A stretch of 64,000 bases of DNA from positions 96,001-160,000 of the forward strand of contig CAWHCF010000049.1 in the NCBI GenBank assembly GCA_963827655.1, read 5' to 3'. Numbering within the stretch: position 1 is the first letter of the stretch; every line of letters starts with the position of its first letter. The translations under genes were made by a program, and so were the position numbers. Under the pieces are notes generated by a model. It had not been told where the DNA came from. It saw only the letters and a program-made list of their open reading frames with translations, and made no database searches. Positions 11,325 to 23,806 of this stretch are shown one piece after another. This DNA comes from an uncultured Acidobacteriota bacterium. Lineage in GTDB: Bacteria; Acidobacteriota; UBA6911.

Positions 11325-11340
11325 AGCAAGAAGTATGCCG
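11325..11340 (-). promoter_or_regulatory. Putative sigma54 (-24/-12) promoter
   Basis: Minus strand reads CGGCATACTTCTTGCT (GG-N10-GC). Paired upstream motifs at 11434-11450 and 11456-11472. Confidence 0.65.
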
Positions 11341-11494
11341 AAACCCATCGGCCCCAGCCTGCCGGCCATTTCGTCTTTGAAACGCAATTGATATTGGTGG
11401 GTATCAACCTCCCAGGTTGAGCGGGCGAGTTCGGTCCGTTATCCGTACACTTGATGGACGAAAAACGGACATCGGGAAAGATACCCCCTGGACT

Positions 11495-11842
11495 TCACGG
11501 CACTTGCGAGGGAGTGTCTTCTCCACGAACAAAGACTTCTGCGTCCTGCAGCGCCACCGCCCCTTCGTTCACCATCGAAAGAAGCTCAGGCAGCACGGCG
11601 CGGATTTTCTCCTCCGCATCGATGGCCATAATCATGATCGGCTTTTCGTCGGCCACGCCAAACAGGCCCCTGCGATGAATCCGCCCATGCGCGCCGTATC
11701 CCATGACTCCGCTCCAGACCGTGGCGCCGGCAACGTGATTCCGGTGAAGGAGGCGAACGATGGCCTCATACAGCGGTTGTCCTTCCCAAGTATCGGTGTC
11801 TTCGACGAAGACCAGGAGCGACTTGCACCTGGATCCGATCAT
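11495..11842 (-). CDS. DUF190 (PII-like) protein
   Basis: PLYEAIV...AGATVWSGVMGYG signature; located downstream of czcA. Confidence 0.85.
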   Translation of the reverse strand: MIGSRCKSLLVFVEDTDTWEGQPLYEAIVRLLHRNHVAGATVWSGVMGYGAHGRIHRRGLFGVADEKPIMIMAIDAEEKIRAVLPELLSMVNEGAVALQDAEVFVRGEDTPSQVP

Positions 11843-11939
11843 CGCGCTAACCTCCTTGCTGCCCTTCAACCTCCATCACGATGGTCCGTTTCATCGAGGG
11901 AAATCGACAGCAGCTCACTCGCCGGATGCGTACTGAATT

Positions 11940-14900
11940 TCAACGGACCTTGGTTTCGCGGCGCGCTGCGACATAGTACAAGCTGGGCAGAACTAACAGG
12001 GTCAGCAGCAGAGTGGATACCAACCCACCCACGATCACGGTTGCGAGAGGCCGTTGCACATCCGATCCGATGCCCGTGGCTGTAGCCGCTGGAATCATTC
12101 CCAACAATGCCACCAGGATCAGAAGGATTGCGGGTCGCACCTGCGACCTGGCCCCTTCGACGACCGCCTGTTCCAGCGACGACCCCAGTTCCACGCGCCG
12201 CCGGGTAATTTCTGAGATGTAAAGCAGTCCGCTCATGACGGCGACACCGAACAGGGTGACGAATCCGACGGCTGCAGAGACGCTAAAGTTAATGCCTCGC
12301 AAGTACAGCGCAATAATGCCTCCGACCAGCGAGAACGGGACATTGAGCAGAACCAGGCTGGCATCGCGCAAAGAGCCGAAGGCGGTGAAAAGAAGTCCGA
12401 AGATGATCGCAACCGTAATCGGAATGATCGCACTCAGCCGTTTGCGCGCTCGTTCCAGGTTTTCAAACTGTCCGCCCCACACCACTTGATAGCCCGCCGG
12501 CAAGGTTACTTCACTGGCGAACCTCGTCTGGGCTTCCTCGACAAAACCGGCTTGATCGCGACCACGAATGTTCGTTCGGACCGTCATCGACCGTTTGTTT
12601 TCTCGGCGCGCGATGATTGTCGCTCCATTTCGAACCTCTATCTCGGCGAGCTGAGAAAGAGGGATGCGACTCCCGCCGGCGGCAGGGACCAGGAGGTTGC
12701 CGATGGCAGGGGCGTCCGACCTCGCCTCAGGGATATACCGTGCCGTGATATCGAAGCGTCTCTCTCCTTCAAAAACCGTACCGATGGTCCGCCCGCCGAT
12801 CGCAAGCTCGATGATGTCTTCGATGTCGGTCATTTTGATTCCGTAACGCGCGGCTTCCTGCCGCTTGATGCGGATGCGAAGCTGTGGCTGGTCGGCCTCC
12901 TGTTCAATGGAAACGTCCGCGGCACCACGTATCTGCCGCACGATCTCGAGCGTCTGCGTCGCCAGCCGGCGCAGCTCGCTCAGGTCCTGGCCACTGATAA
13001 TCACGGCCAGATCGGCCGACGAACCGGTTGCGATCTCGGTGGAAGTATCAATGATAGGCTGCGTAAAGTTGAAGGTGCTGCCAGGAATTTCGGAGCGGAG
13101 CCTCCGCGCCAGTTCCTCCACTAAATCGGCCTTGCGCTTCCCCGGCGGCCAGGTATTGTACGGATGCATCTCGATCAGCAACTCGTTTCGATTCGGTCCG
13201 AAAGGGTCCGTTCCCGAATCGTTGCGCCCGGATTGGGACATGACCATTTTCACTTCCGAAGACTGCCTGATGATGGAGCGCATTGCCTCGGCGGTCTCGG
13301 CCGATTTCGCAAGCGATATGCCGGGCGCCAGGTTGGCGCGAATCCAAATCACGCCCTCGTCGAGCTGAGGCAGGAATTCCGTACCGACCAGCGATGCGAT
13401 CGAGAGGGCTCCCGCCACGATCGCGAGCCCTGCAAGCACAACGAACTTTGCCCGCGTGATGGTCCATCGAATCACCTCTTCATAACGTTTGAAGACCCAG
13501 GCTAGCAGAGGGTTTTCCCAGTGCTTTGCGCCGTGGCGGAACAAGTATGTGGCTACCGCGGGGATGAGCGTCAACGTCAACAGCATCGACCCGATTAACG
13601 CATAACAGACCGTGAACGCCATGGGGGTAAACAGCCGCCGCTCGACACGCTCAAGCGTGAAGAGTGGAATGTAAGCCGAGATGATGATCAGCAGCGAGAA
13701 AAAGATGGGCCGTTCGACTTCCAATGCGGCATCGCGAATAGTTTCGAATGGTCCTGCCGGCGAAGGATGGCTCTTCTCGCGCTCGGACAGCCTCCGGACA
13801 ATGTGCTCTACCATGACCAGCGTCCCGTCCACGATGATGCCGAAATCCAGAGCCCCGATGCTCAAAAGATTCGCCGGAATTCCCTGGAAGTACACACAGG
13901 TAAACGCGAACAGGAGCGAAAGCGGAATGGTCAGTGCGGTGAGCACCGCCGCCTTGGCGCTACCGAAGGCAAAAAACAGGAGCGTCACCACGATCACGAG
14001 CGCTTCGGTCAGAGTACGTCCCACGGTGTGGAGCGTGTTGTTCACCAGGTCCGTGCGGTCGTGAATTGCCACAATCTGCACGCCGCTGGGCAGCCGCGTC
14101 TGGTTGAGATCGGCGACGGCCTCTTTAATGCGCGAGAGTACCTGGCTCGGATTTTCCCACCGTCGCATCAGCACGATTCCCTCGGCCCCGCCCGAGGTCT
14201 CGTTGACCCCGAAAATACCGGTTTGAGGCGCAGCACCGATCGTCACGCGCCCGATATCGCGAATGAAAATTGGCACAATTCCGGAGGACTCCACTGGAAT
14301 GTTCCCCAGATCGTCGGCCGACTGGATCAGGCCCACACCGCGGACCACGAGCGCCTGCTGACGGTTGTCCAGCAGCGAGCCCCCCGCGTTGCGATTGTTG
14401 GCGTTCACCGCATCCGCGATTCGGGCAACTGAAAGCCTGTATTTTTCCAGTTTGTAGGGGTCGATCTCGATCTGATATTGCTTGACCAGCCCGCCAAAGG
14501 AAACGACGTCTGCAACTCCAGCCACCTGCAACAGCCGGGGCACCACCACCCAGTCCTGGATTTCCCTCAGCTCCATGGTATCGTAGCCTTGCCCTTCGAG
14601 CTTGTAGCGATAAAACTCGCTGATACCGCTCGAGAGCGGCCCGAGGGTTGGTGTCACACCTTCGGGAAGCTCGGCATCCCGAAGTCTTTCCAGGACCAAC
14701 TGCCGTGCGAAATAATCATCGGTTCCGTCGGCGAACGTCAGCTCCACCACCGCAAGCCCGAAGATGATGCGGGACCGGCGGGCGATGACGTTGGGCACAT
14801 TATTCAAGGCGCGCTCGATCGGAATCGCAACCTGTTGCTCGACTTCTTCGGCGGCATGGCCGGGGAAGAGCGTGATCACCACTACTCCAGTGTCGGAGAT

Positions 14901-15023
14901 GTCTGGATACGCCTCGATCTTCAAGTGGCGGAAGGACCAGATGCCCAGGAAGATCAAGGCTCCTGCCATCAAGAGTGTGATGAAACGCTGTCTTATCGCA
15001 AAGCGGAGAAGTCGCGCAATCAT
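11940..15023 (-). CDS. czcA: CusA/CzcA family heavy-metal RND efflux permease
   Basis: 1027 aa; IEAYPDI, GALDFGIIVDG, EFLPQLDEG and VQRPLATVIVGG. Confidence 0.9.
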   Translation of the reverse strand: MIARLLRFAIRQRFITLLMAGALIFLGIWSFRHLKIEAYPDISDTGVVVITLFPGHAAEEVEQQVAIPIERALNNVPNVIARRSRIIFGLAVVELTFADGTDDYFARQLVLERLRDAELPEGVTPTLGPLSSGISEFYRYKLEGQGYDTMELREIQDWVVVPRLLQVAGVADVVSFGGLVKQYQIEIDPYKLEKYRLSVARIADAVNANNRNAGGSLLDNRQQALVVRGVGLIQSADDLGNIPVESSGIVPIFIRDIGRVTIGAAPQTGIFGVNETSGGAEGIVLMRRWENPSQVLSRIKEAVADLNQTRLPSGVQIVAIHDRTDLVNNTLHTVGRTLTEALVIVVTLLFFAFGSAKAAVLTALTIPLSLLFAFTCVYFQGIPANLLSIGALDFGIIVDGTLVMVEHIVRRLSEREKSHPSPAGPFETIRDAALEVERPIFFSLLIIISAYIPLFTLERVERRLFTPMAFTVCYALIGSMLLTLTLIPAVATYLFRHGAKHWENPLLAWVFKRYEEVIRWTITRAKFVVLAGLAIVAGALSIASLVGTEFLPQLDEGVIWIRANLAPGISLAKSAETAEAMRSIIRQSSEVKMVMSQSGRNDSGTDPFGPNRNELLIEMHPYNTWPPGKRKADLVEELARRLRSEIPGSTFNFTQPIIDTSTEIATGSSADLAVIISGQDLSELRRLATQTLEIVRQIRGAADVSIEQEADQPQLRIRIKRQEAARYGIKMTDIEDIIELAIGGRTIGTVFEGERRFDITARYIPEARSDAPAIGNLLVPAAGGSRIPLSQLAEIEVRNGATIIARRENKRSMTVRTNIRGRDQAGFVEEAQTRFASEVTLPAGYQVVWGGQFENLERARKRLSAIIPITVAIIFGLLFTAFGSLRDASLVLLNVPFSLVGGIIALYLRGINFSVSAAVGFVTLFGVAVMSGLLYISEITRRRVELGSSLEQAVVEGARSQVRPAILLILVALLGMIPAATATGIGSDVQRPLATVIVGGLVSTLLLTLLVLPSLYYVAARRETKVR

Positions 15024-15073
15024 GAGCGTAGGGTTCTACTCAATGCGGCATTCCTGTCTGCGGCTGGCGGCGA

Positions 15074-16243
15074 TCAGAGCGCTGCCCCCTTGAGCAACAT
15101 GGCGCCGTCCACGACGACTCGGTCGCCCGGACTGATCCCGCTTGCAATACCGACGCGATCGGCTCCTTGCCAGCCAATCGTCACAGGCACTTCCTGGAAC
15201 TGCCCCCGCGCTCGTTCGACGTAGACCATGTTTCGACCTTCCTGCTGCAGCACGGCTGCCTTGGGCAGGATAGGAAGCTTACGAGTCCCTTGATCGAGGC
15301 GGATTTGGGCGAACATCTCGGGGCGGAACTGGCCTTCCGGATTGCTCAACTCGGCTCGCACCTTGATCGTCCGCGTCTGCGCGTCTACCACGTCGCTGAT
15401 GCGCTTGACGCGGCCGCGGAACGTCCGGCCCGGGAAGGCGGGCAGCGCGATCTCGACCGGCTCGCCCGAGCGGATCAGGCGGATCGCATTTTCCGGGATG
15501 TCGGCAGCGACCCAGACGGTGCTGAGATCGGCAACTGTCATCAGCGGAGCGCTGGCATCGTTTCGATACTCTCCAGGCGCGACGGCGATCTCCACCACCT
15601 TGCCGGGCAAGGGCGCGCGCACTACGATGTGCTGGTCCATGCTCCCGGGCTCCAGACCGAGAAGGCGTAGACGGCGTAGAGTCTCATCCCGGCTTGCGAG
15701 GCCCTGCTCCAGGCTCGCTTTGGCCTGGGCGACAACCGTTTCTGCAGCCAGGACCTCTTTCTGTGCAATGGCTCGATTCGCTAACAAGTCATTGGCACGC
15801 GCCAGGTCCGCCTCTGCCTTCGCCAGGGTCGCCCTGGCTTGCGCGATGTTGGCTTCTGACTGCCGAAGGCTGGAGGTTAGCGCCGAGAGTTCGGGGCTCT
15901 CGATCGTGAGGACCGGCTGTCTTTGACGCACTGCATCGCCCAGCCCTACCAACACCTCCCGAACCCTCCCGGTCGCCGGGAGGATGATGCGGGAGACCCG
16001 GTTGGGATTCATCTCAATCTTGCCCGGAGCGACCAGTTCGTCGACAGGCACTTCGGCGGCCTGCACCACGTCGACGCGAATGCGGGTTAGCTGCGGAGAA
16101 TCAGGGGGAAACTCGATGACGTTACCGGACCGGCGTGGCATCGCCGAAGCGCTGGCAGAGGTCTTCGACTCGGGTGCCGACTGCCAGCTACACCCCGTCA
16201 AACACAGAACCACAAGAAGTGCGATCGTAAGCGCCAGTCTCAT
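15074..16243 (-). CDS. RND efflux periplasmic adaptor (CzcB-like), lipoprotein
   Basis: Lipobox LTGC, membrane-fusion hairpin, TRTIKVRAEL...FRPEMF. Confidence 0.9.
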   Translation of the reverse strand: MRLALTIALLVVLCLTGCSWQSAPESKTSASASAMPRRSGNVIEFPPDSPQLTRIRVDVVQAAEVPVDELVAPGKIEMNPNRVSRIILPATGRVREVLVGLGDAVRQRQPVLTIESPELSALTSSLRQSEANIAQARATLAKAEADLARANDLLANRAIAQKEVLAAETVVAQAKASLEQGLASRDETLRRLRLLGLEPGSMDQHIVVRAPLPGKVVEIAVAPGEYRNDASAPLMTVADLSTVWVAADIPENAIRLIRSGEPVEIALPAFPGRTFRGRVKRISDVVDAQTRTIKVRAELSNPEGQFRPEMFAQIRLDQGTRKLPILPKAAVLQQEGRNMVYVERARGQFQEVPVTIGWQGADRVGIASGISPGDRVVVDGAMLLKGAAL

Positions 16244-17547
16244 GGCCGCCTCTGATCGCTGACATTCACGCCGGTCGTCGAATCGATGTTGTAGAGACTC
16301 CGCGCAAACTCAGCCTGCGCTTCGTTGTGTGCCTGCACGGTCTCGTTGTAGGCTCGCTGTGCATCCAGTAATTCGAGAAAGGTCGCCTCTCCCCGCCGAT
16401 ACGCGTATTCCGTGACTTGGCGCACGTCCTTCGCTTTTGCGAGGAGGGATTCTTCGATGCGGCCGAGGCTCGTCCTCGCATTCTGGTACTTGAGATAGGC
16501 GATATCCACCTCGTTCTCGATCGTCGTTTCGAGGGCGCGGATCCTCGCTTCTACCTGCATCAGCTCTTGTCGGGCGCGGGCGATCTCGCCCTGGTTTTTG
16601 TTGTAGAGCGGCAACGGCATCGAGAAGGAGAAGCTCATCGCATTACCGGCATCCAGACCATTGACCCATTGGCGACTCGCAGCGGCTCCCACGGTGTAGT
16701 CGATCTTCCCTTGGGCCAGTTGAAGCCGCAACTCGGCCTGTGACCTGGCCGAGTCCCGCCGCTGAGCCGACAGGTCGGGCCGCTGCGCGAACGCCCGCTC
16801 GCGCAAGGCCTCCCGCAAGAGAGGCGTCTCGTCTCTTCGCATCTCCCCGATTGCGTCCACGAGCCGGTCGCCGCGCCGCCGCCCTACCAGCCCTTGCAGC
16901 CGAGCGCGTGCAGTCTGGAGCCGGAGTTCGGCTTGACGGACGGTATTCTCAAACTGCAGTTGAGCGACCTGCGAGCGAATCAATTCCACTTCCGCGACGT
17001 CGCCGCTCGTGAAGCGGCTGGTATTGACTCTCACGATCTCCTCAAAGGCTCCAAGGTTCTCCCGCGCAAGGGCCAGATCCGCCTTGGCCTGCAATACGTC
17101 GACGAAGGCACTTTGAACGTCAAGGATCAGCGTCCGGGTGGAATTGAGAAGCTGAAGCTGTGAGACGGCCTTGCTGTCCTCGGCAACTGCAATGCGCTCC
17201 TGGCGCTTTCCACCTCTTTCCAGAACGAAGTCAACGCGAGTTCCAAACTCACTAGGGCCGGCGGCGTTGGTGGCTGCGTTGAATCCTGTGCCGAGGATGT
17301 CGAGGTAGTTCCCCCAGAGGCTCAGAACCGGATTGGGCCGCAGTTTAGCGGTAACGATGCGCGCATCGGCTATCGGGAGGTTATACCGCTCGGCGATCAG
17401 GTCCAGATTCTTTTGGACCGCCTCGGCGACCGCCTGCTCGATTGTCAGGGCTTCAGACCCCTCTGTCTGGAGGGCTTGAGATTGTGCAAGGCCGAGCGCC
17501 ATCGAGAAGAACCAGATCAGCGCCGACAGCTCCGGGTGTTTGTTCAT
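16240..17547 (-). CDS. TolC/CzcC family outer-membrane efflux protein
   Basis: Outer-membrane efflux repeats (PLYNKNQGEI, YRRGEATFLELLDAQR). Real start is probably 17547 or 17562, not 17901. Confidence 0.85.
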   Translation of the reverse strand: MNKHPELSALIWFFSMALGLAQSQALQTEGSEALTIEQAVAEAVQKNLDLIAERYNLPIADARIVTAKLRPNPVLSLWGNYLDILGTGFNAATNAAGPSEFGTRVDFVLERGGKRQERIAVAEDSKAVSQLQLLNSTRTLILDVQSAFVDVLQAKADLALARENLGAFEEIVRVNTSRFTSGDVAEVELIRSQVAQLQFENTVRQAELRLQTARARLQGLVGRRRGDRLVDAIGEMRRDETPLLREALRERAFAQRPDLSAQRRDSARSQAELRLQLAQGKIDYTVGAAASRQWVNGLDAGNAMSFSFSMPLPLYNKNQGEIARARQELMQVEARIRALETTIENEVDIAYLKYQNARTSLGRIEESLLAKAKDVRQVTEYAYRRGEATFLELLDAQRAYNETVQAHNEAQAEFARSLYNIDSTTGVNVSDQRRP

Positions 17548-17574
17548 TCTCAAGTGTTTCATGATCGGGCATCC

Positions 17575-17590
17575 AGCAAAAAGGGGGCCA
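17575..17590 (-). promoter_or_regulatory. Putative sigma54 promoter of the efflux operon
   Basis: Minus strand reads TGGCCCCCTTTTTGCT (GG-N10-GC). Paired motifs at 17643-17659 and 17665-17681. Confidence 0.65.
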
Positions 17591-17833
17591 AGCGGAAATT
17601 CACTCTGGATTAAGTCGAAGCCTCGTCGTCTGGCAAAAACCTGAGTCATTTTCGTACGCAGAACGCGCGGTTTTCGGACACTGGCCCACTTCTGATTGCC
17701 AGAGTTCGCTGAACCCGGAATTTGCCTCTCTGGAGAGCTGATTGCTTTCCACTCATCGGGCAGTATCATCAGCCACAAAAGTGCAAATCCGACCGCACGA
17801 GCTTGCCCGTTCCCTGCTGCCTGAAGAAAGTCC

Positions 17834-19557
<1,724 letters not shown>

Positions 19558-19561
19558 CACT

Positions 19562-20845
19562 ATGACTACGGCAGTACGGAATGAAGGCAATGCGAGCCTC
19601 CTGTGTCTTGAGCACGTCGGTAAGACGTACGGTCACGGCCCGAATCCCTTCGTCGCCGTAGCCGACGTAAGCCTGACGGTTCGGGCCGGCGAGTTCGTTT
19701 GCCTGCTGGGACCCTCGGGCTGCGGGAAATCCACTCTCCTGAGGATGATTGCCGGACTGATTCCGTCGAGTACGGGAAGCGTGCTTTATGGCGGCACTCC
19801 GATCCGCGGCGTCAATCCCCATGCGGCAATCGTATTCCAGACGTTTGCTCTGTATCCCTGGCTGAGCGTGCTCGAGAACGTCGAGCTCGCGCTCAAGGCC
19901 CGCGGGGTCGGGCGCCAGCAGCGACGCCAGCGCGCACTTGAGTTGGTCGACATCGTCGGGCTGGACGGATTCGAATCGGCTTACCCGCGCGAGCTTTCCG
20001 GCGGGATGCGCCAGAAGGTCGGCTTCGCGCGGGCGATGGCGGTCGAGCCGGAGTTGCTCTGCCTGGACGAACCGTTCTCGGCCCTGGACGTGCTTGCGGC
20101 CGAGGCGCTGCGCGGTGAGCTGATGGAGCTCTGGCTTGCAAGATCGATCCCCACTCGTGCAATTCTCATGGTCACGCATAACATCGAGGAGGCAGTGTTG
20201 ATGGCGGACCGGATCGTCGTGATGGACAAGAACCCGGGTCGGGTTGTCGCGGAGCTGCCGGTCGACCTACGCCATCCGCGCGGCCGAAAGGACACGGCCT
20301 TCCAGGCAATCGTCGACAAAGTTTATGCATCCGTCACCGGGAAGATCGAGGTCAGGCCGCGCGCGGCGGCGCCGGGGAAGGTTTTGCTTCCGCGGGCTCG
20401 ACTGAACGCCCTTGCCGGCCTCCTGGAGAAAGTCGCGGCGGAAGGGGGACGCGTCGACCTGTTCCGTCTGAGCGCGGAGCTCGCGATGGATCTCGACGAC
20501 CTCCTTCCCGTAGTCGAGGCCGGAGAGATCCTTGGCTTCCTGCGGGTGCAGGAAGGCGATCTCCTCCTCGGCGAGCTCGGGCAGGGTTATGCGGAAGCGA
20601 GCATTCTCACCCGCAAGGAGCTTGTCGCCGGCCGCGTTCTGCGTCTGCCGCTCATCTCCTGGATTTTCGAGACCCTGCGCGAAGATGACAATCAGCGGGT
20701 CTCGAAGGACTACTTCCTGGACAGGCTCCGAGCAGACTTCGGCGACAAGGCCGAAGAGCAGCTTCAGATCGCGATCCAGTGGGGACGTCATGCGGAGCTG
20801 TTCGGCTTCGACGACGACACGGACGAGCTGTTCCTGGAAGGCTGA
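19562..20845 (+). CDS. NitT/TauT-family ABC ATP-binding protein with C-terminal AAA-associated domain
   Basis: GPSGCGKST, LSGGMRQ, LDEPFSALD; C-terminal extension ending WGRHAELFGFD. Confidence 0.9.
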   Translation: MTTAVRNEGNASLLCLEHVGKTYGHGPNPFVAVADVSLTVRAGEFVCLLGPSGCGKSTLLRMIAGLIPSSTGSVLYGGTPIRGVNPHAAIVFQTFALYPWLSVLENVELALKARGVGRQQRRQRALELVDIVGLDGFESAYPRELSGGMRQKVGFARAMAVEPELLCLDEPFSALDVLAAEALRGELMELWLARSIPTRAILMVTHNIEEAVLMADRIVVMDKNPGRVVAELPVDLRHPRGRKDTAFQAIVDKVYASVTGKIEVRPRAAAPGKVLLPRARLNALAGLLEKVAAEGGRVDLFRLSAELAMDLDDLLPVVEAGEILGFLRVQEGDLLLGELGQGYAEASILTRKELVAGRVLRLPLISWIFETLREDDNQRVSKDYFLDRLRADFGDKAEEQLQIAIQWGRHAELFGFDDDTDELFLEG

Positions 20846-21133
20846 GTCTCGCTGTCGCCGCCCCGTAAAACTGTAGGAATTGTGTGGGGCAAATGAACTC
20901 AAACAGTCGCCTTCGCAAACGTCTTCAGGTGGTGGTCTTGGAAGGCGTGATTACGGTCAGGGCGGTTCAGAGCGGAATTCAGGAGCAGGAGGCGGAGTCT
21001 CTAGAGAGGCCGCTCCATGTATTAGACCCGGCAGGGTGGGAGCGGGGTGGAACCGTACGGAAAGCGCACGCTTGTGTACGGAATCGAAACGGCACGCAGG
21101 AGAATGCACGCAAAAAACCAGGGCTTCTCGAAT

Positions 21134-21150
21134 CGGCAAAGCAATTGCAT
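21134..21150 (+). promoter_or_regulatory. Putative sigma54 promoter
   Basis: CGGCAAAGCAATTGCAT (GG-N10-GC). Paired motifs at 21053-21069 and 21074-21090. Confidence 0.55.
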
Positions 21151-21165
21151 TCCCGCCCGACTGAA

Positions 21166-21335
21166 CTTAGGCCGAAATCGCGCGAGCGGAGGCATTATCC
21201 GGTCGTGATGACGTGTCGTATCGCGGGTTGCCGCGTCGGGACGAAGGGGCTAAGGTTCGTTCGGGACTTCGCCCCGAACGAAAGGCCCCTTCTGAACGAC
21301 AACATGTTGGTTTGAACGTTTCGCTAAGGCCTAAG
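21166..21335 (+). ncRNA. Candidate structured RNA (sRNA or 5' leader), family unknown
   Basis: Nested complementary segments: 21166-73/21328-35, 21215-19/21296-300, 21222-26/21231-35, 21243-50/21285-92, 21256-65/21273-82. Confidence 0.4.
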
Positions 21336-21421
21336 AAATGCCGGATCGCATGCAGAGACAGGCCTGTTTCCACGCGCTTGTCTCAGACTGGTATCGGGTG
21401 CTGCACCGGCTTAGAAAGCAT

Positions 21422-21844
21422 ATGAACAGGTTCGTTTGTTGCGTTTGCATCCTTGCGCCTCTACAAGGATTGAGTCCCGTTTCGGCTGCTGACGAGTCGA
21501 CGGATGCGGCAGCGCGCGCCGCTCAATCCTGGCTTGCGTTGGTGGATGCGGAAAAATATGTGGAAAGCTGGAATGAAGCCGCGCAGGTTCTCAAGAAGCA
21601 GGTAACAAGAGAAGAATGGGTAAAGAAATTGAATTCATTCAGATTGCCGCTGGGTAAAATGGCATCACGTACCCTGAAAAGCTCCGTTTCCTATATGAAA
21701 GTCGTGCCGGGGAACCCAGACGCCCAATATGTGATAATTCGGTACGATACGAAGTTTGAAGGCAATAAAGCTTCGGTTGAGACGGTCACTCCGACCAAAG
21801 AAAAAGATGGACAGTGGCGAATCTCTGGGTACTTCATCGAGTGA
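21422..21844 (+). CDS. DUF4019 domain exported protein
   Basis: Signal peptide; AAQSWLALVD...SW...ETVTP...DGQWRISGYFI pattern. Confidence 0.8.
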   Translation: MNRFVCCVCILAPLQGLSPVSAADESTDAAARAAQSWLALVDAEKYVESWNEAAQVLKKQVTREEWVKKLNSFRLPLGKMASRTLKSSVSYMKVVPGNPDAQYVIIRYDTKFEGNKASVETVTPTKEKDGQWRISGYFIE

Positions 21845-22340
21845 CCGCAACTGAAACAATGCCCCGAATGCCGCGGATTTTCCAGACATGTCAACAGAGC
21901 ACATCTATATCCGGTCCGAATACCGAAGCTGCAGATATAATCGTCTTGCTTCTATACCATCTGATATCCGACGCCGAGTTTCCGGGGGGCTGATATTCCA
22001 AATCGCCATCGAGACATAGTTCCGAGATGATCGGGGCGGAACCAGTAATCCATCGGTACTCGACTTGGTTGCGGCACATCGTTTCATCAGGCGGACGTTG
22101 ATTTCCTCAATGGCAGTTCCGAAGATCAATCTCGTAACGGATGACCGAGAGTAACTTCCTCCTCGGAATGCCAGACAGATTCATTCCTACCACCATCGCC
22201 GTCGAACGGAATGTCGCAATATCCGTGTAAAATGCGTACACTCGTCGTACGGTTTTCGGCCCTCACTTCGGTCCGGTTGTCGTATCTTGAGGAATCCAAT
22301 TTGGATTCATGTTGGATGGCCGATTGCTTTGCTGGGGTGA

Positions 22341-23806
22341 ATGCAATCAATGCGATTTCCAAGAGTCGTTGCGGCACAGAAACTGCAAACCTGGTTGCTG
22401 GTCACCGCACTGGTTGCCGTCTTCTTGACGGGCGTACTGGTAGTGGACCTGACGCGCAACCTGCGAACGGTGGTCATCAGCGAAGCAAACAAGGCACTCG
22501 CCAATGCGGTGAAGGAACTGGGGCAATCAGGGCGCGAGCTGGGAGAGCGTTCGCAAGTACCGTCCACTATCAAAAGAACTTGTTGACCGCGAACTGCGTC
22601 CAATCTCCTACGAGGTGCTGCGCTCTTATCTCGATGTCGAGGGGGGATTTCTTCTGAACGAAGATGTTGTCGGGCACAGCTTCCCGCCCTACACAGAACC
22701 CGGGAGCAGCCTGCTCCAGCCGCCGGTGGAGCATCGAGAGGTGTTGGCCGCTTTGGCCGAGAGCCGACGCACCGGCCACGTTGCCAACCGCGTGGTGCAG
22801 GATCAAAATGATCTGGTGCTGGTTGCGGTGCTGGCGAGTCCGACCAGTGAACTGTCGGCCTGGAGTCTGCGTCGCATCTTCAATTTCAGTGACTCCAGCG
22901 AACTGAACAAACGGCTGCTTCTGGTTGCCGCAATGGTTGTTTCGTTGATCGCCATCGGCGCCGTGCTGCGCTTGAGCTTCAGCCTTCAGCGAGGATTCGA
23001 AGTCATTCAGGCAGGACTGGAGCGAGCTTCGAACTGACCCCAAGTATCGGCTTCCGGACCAGGACCACGAACTGCGGACCATCGTTCAGGCAATCAATAC
23101 GATGGCGGAGAGTCGGCAGAAACTCGAGGCCGATCTACGGCGAGAGGATCGTCTCCGGGTCATGGGGAGAGTGGTAGCGGGCATCGCCCACGAAATCCGA
23201 AACCCCCTCAACAGCATTCGCCTGACAATCCGGGTGCTGGCCAGGCGTCTGAAGGGCCAGCCCTCGGCCGAGGAGCCAATCAATCTCATTACGAACGAGA
23301 TCGATCGCCTGGACTCTTTGCTGAAAAGCATGCTGGTTTTCCGCGCCGACGAGCCGGAGAAGGAACGCCGGCAACCGTTGAAGCCACTTCTCGAGCGAAC
23401 GCTGGCCCTCGTCAAGCCCCACGCCGAGGATAACAGGGTCACCTTCCGGGTCACGGCTCCGTCTGAGTGTGAAGCCCTTGTGGATGGCGACCATCTACAA
23501 CAGGCTCTCATGAACCTGCTTCTCAACGCGATCGACGCCTCGGGCAACAGTGGAGAGGTGGATGTCTCAATGCGGACCGTCGATGGCTATGTGGAAATCG
23601 ACGTCGAAGACAGCGGGCCCGGTCTCACGCCCGAGCAACAGGAAAGAATCTTCGAAGCCTTCTATACCACGAAAATGGGTGGCACCGGTCTCGGGCTGGC
23701 GGTGACAAAAGCATTGCTAGAGAAGATGGGCGCGAAAATCGAGTCCCGAAACGGTTCCCGAGGGGCCCGCTTCCGTGTTCAGCTGCCGGTGGGAAAGGAA
23801 GCATGA
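22341..23806 (+). CDS. Membrane sensor histidine kinase (split by two frameshifts near 22570 and 23030)
   Basis: TM1 in ORF 22341..22586, TM2 in ORF 22615..23037; H-box AHEIRNPL and HATPase motifs (NAIDA, DSGPG, GTGLGL) in ORF 23102..23806. Confidence 0.8.

Noticed and set aside
21045-21090. gaaccgtacg...gtacgg resembles the reverse complement of group II intron domain V
   Set aside because: The internal stem, catalytic triad and domain VI do not fit, and there is no reverse transcriptase nearby. It is better explained by the paired enhancer motif.
21850-22220. Short minus-strand ORFs between DUF4019 and the kinase
   Set aside because: No recognisable domain or consistent frame; could be a decayed gene but this cannot be supported.
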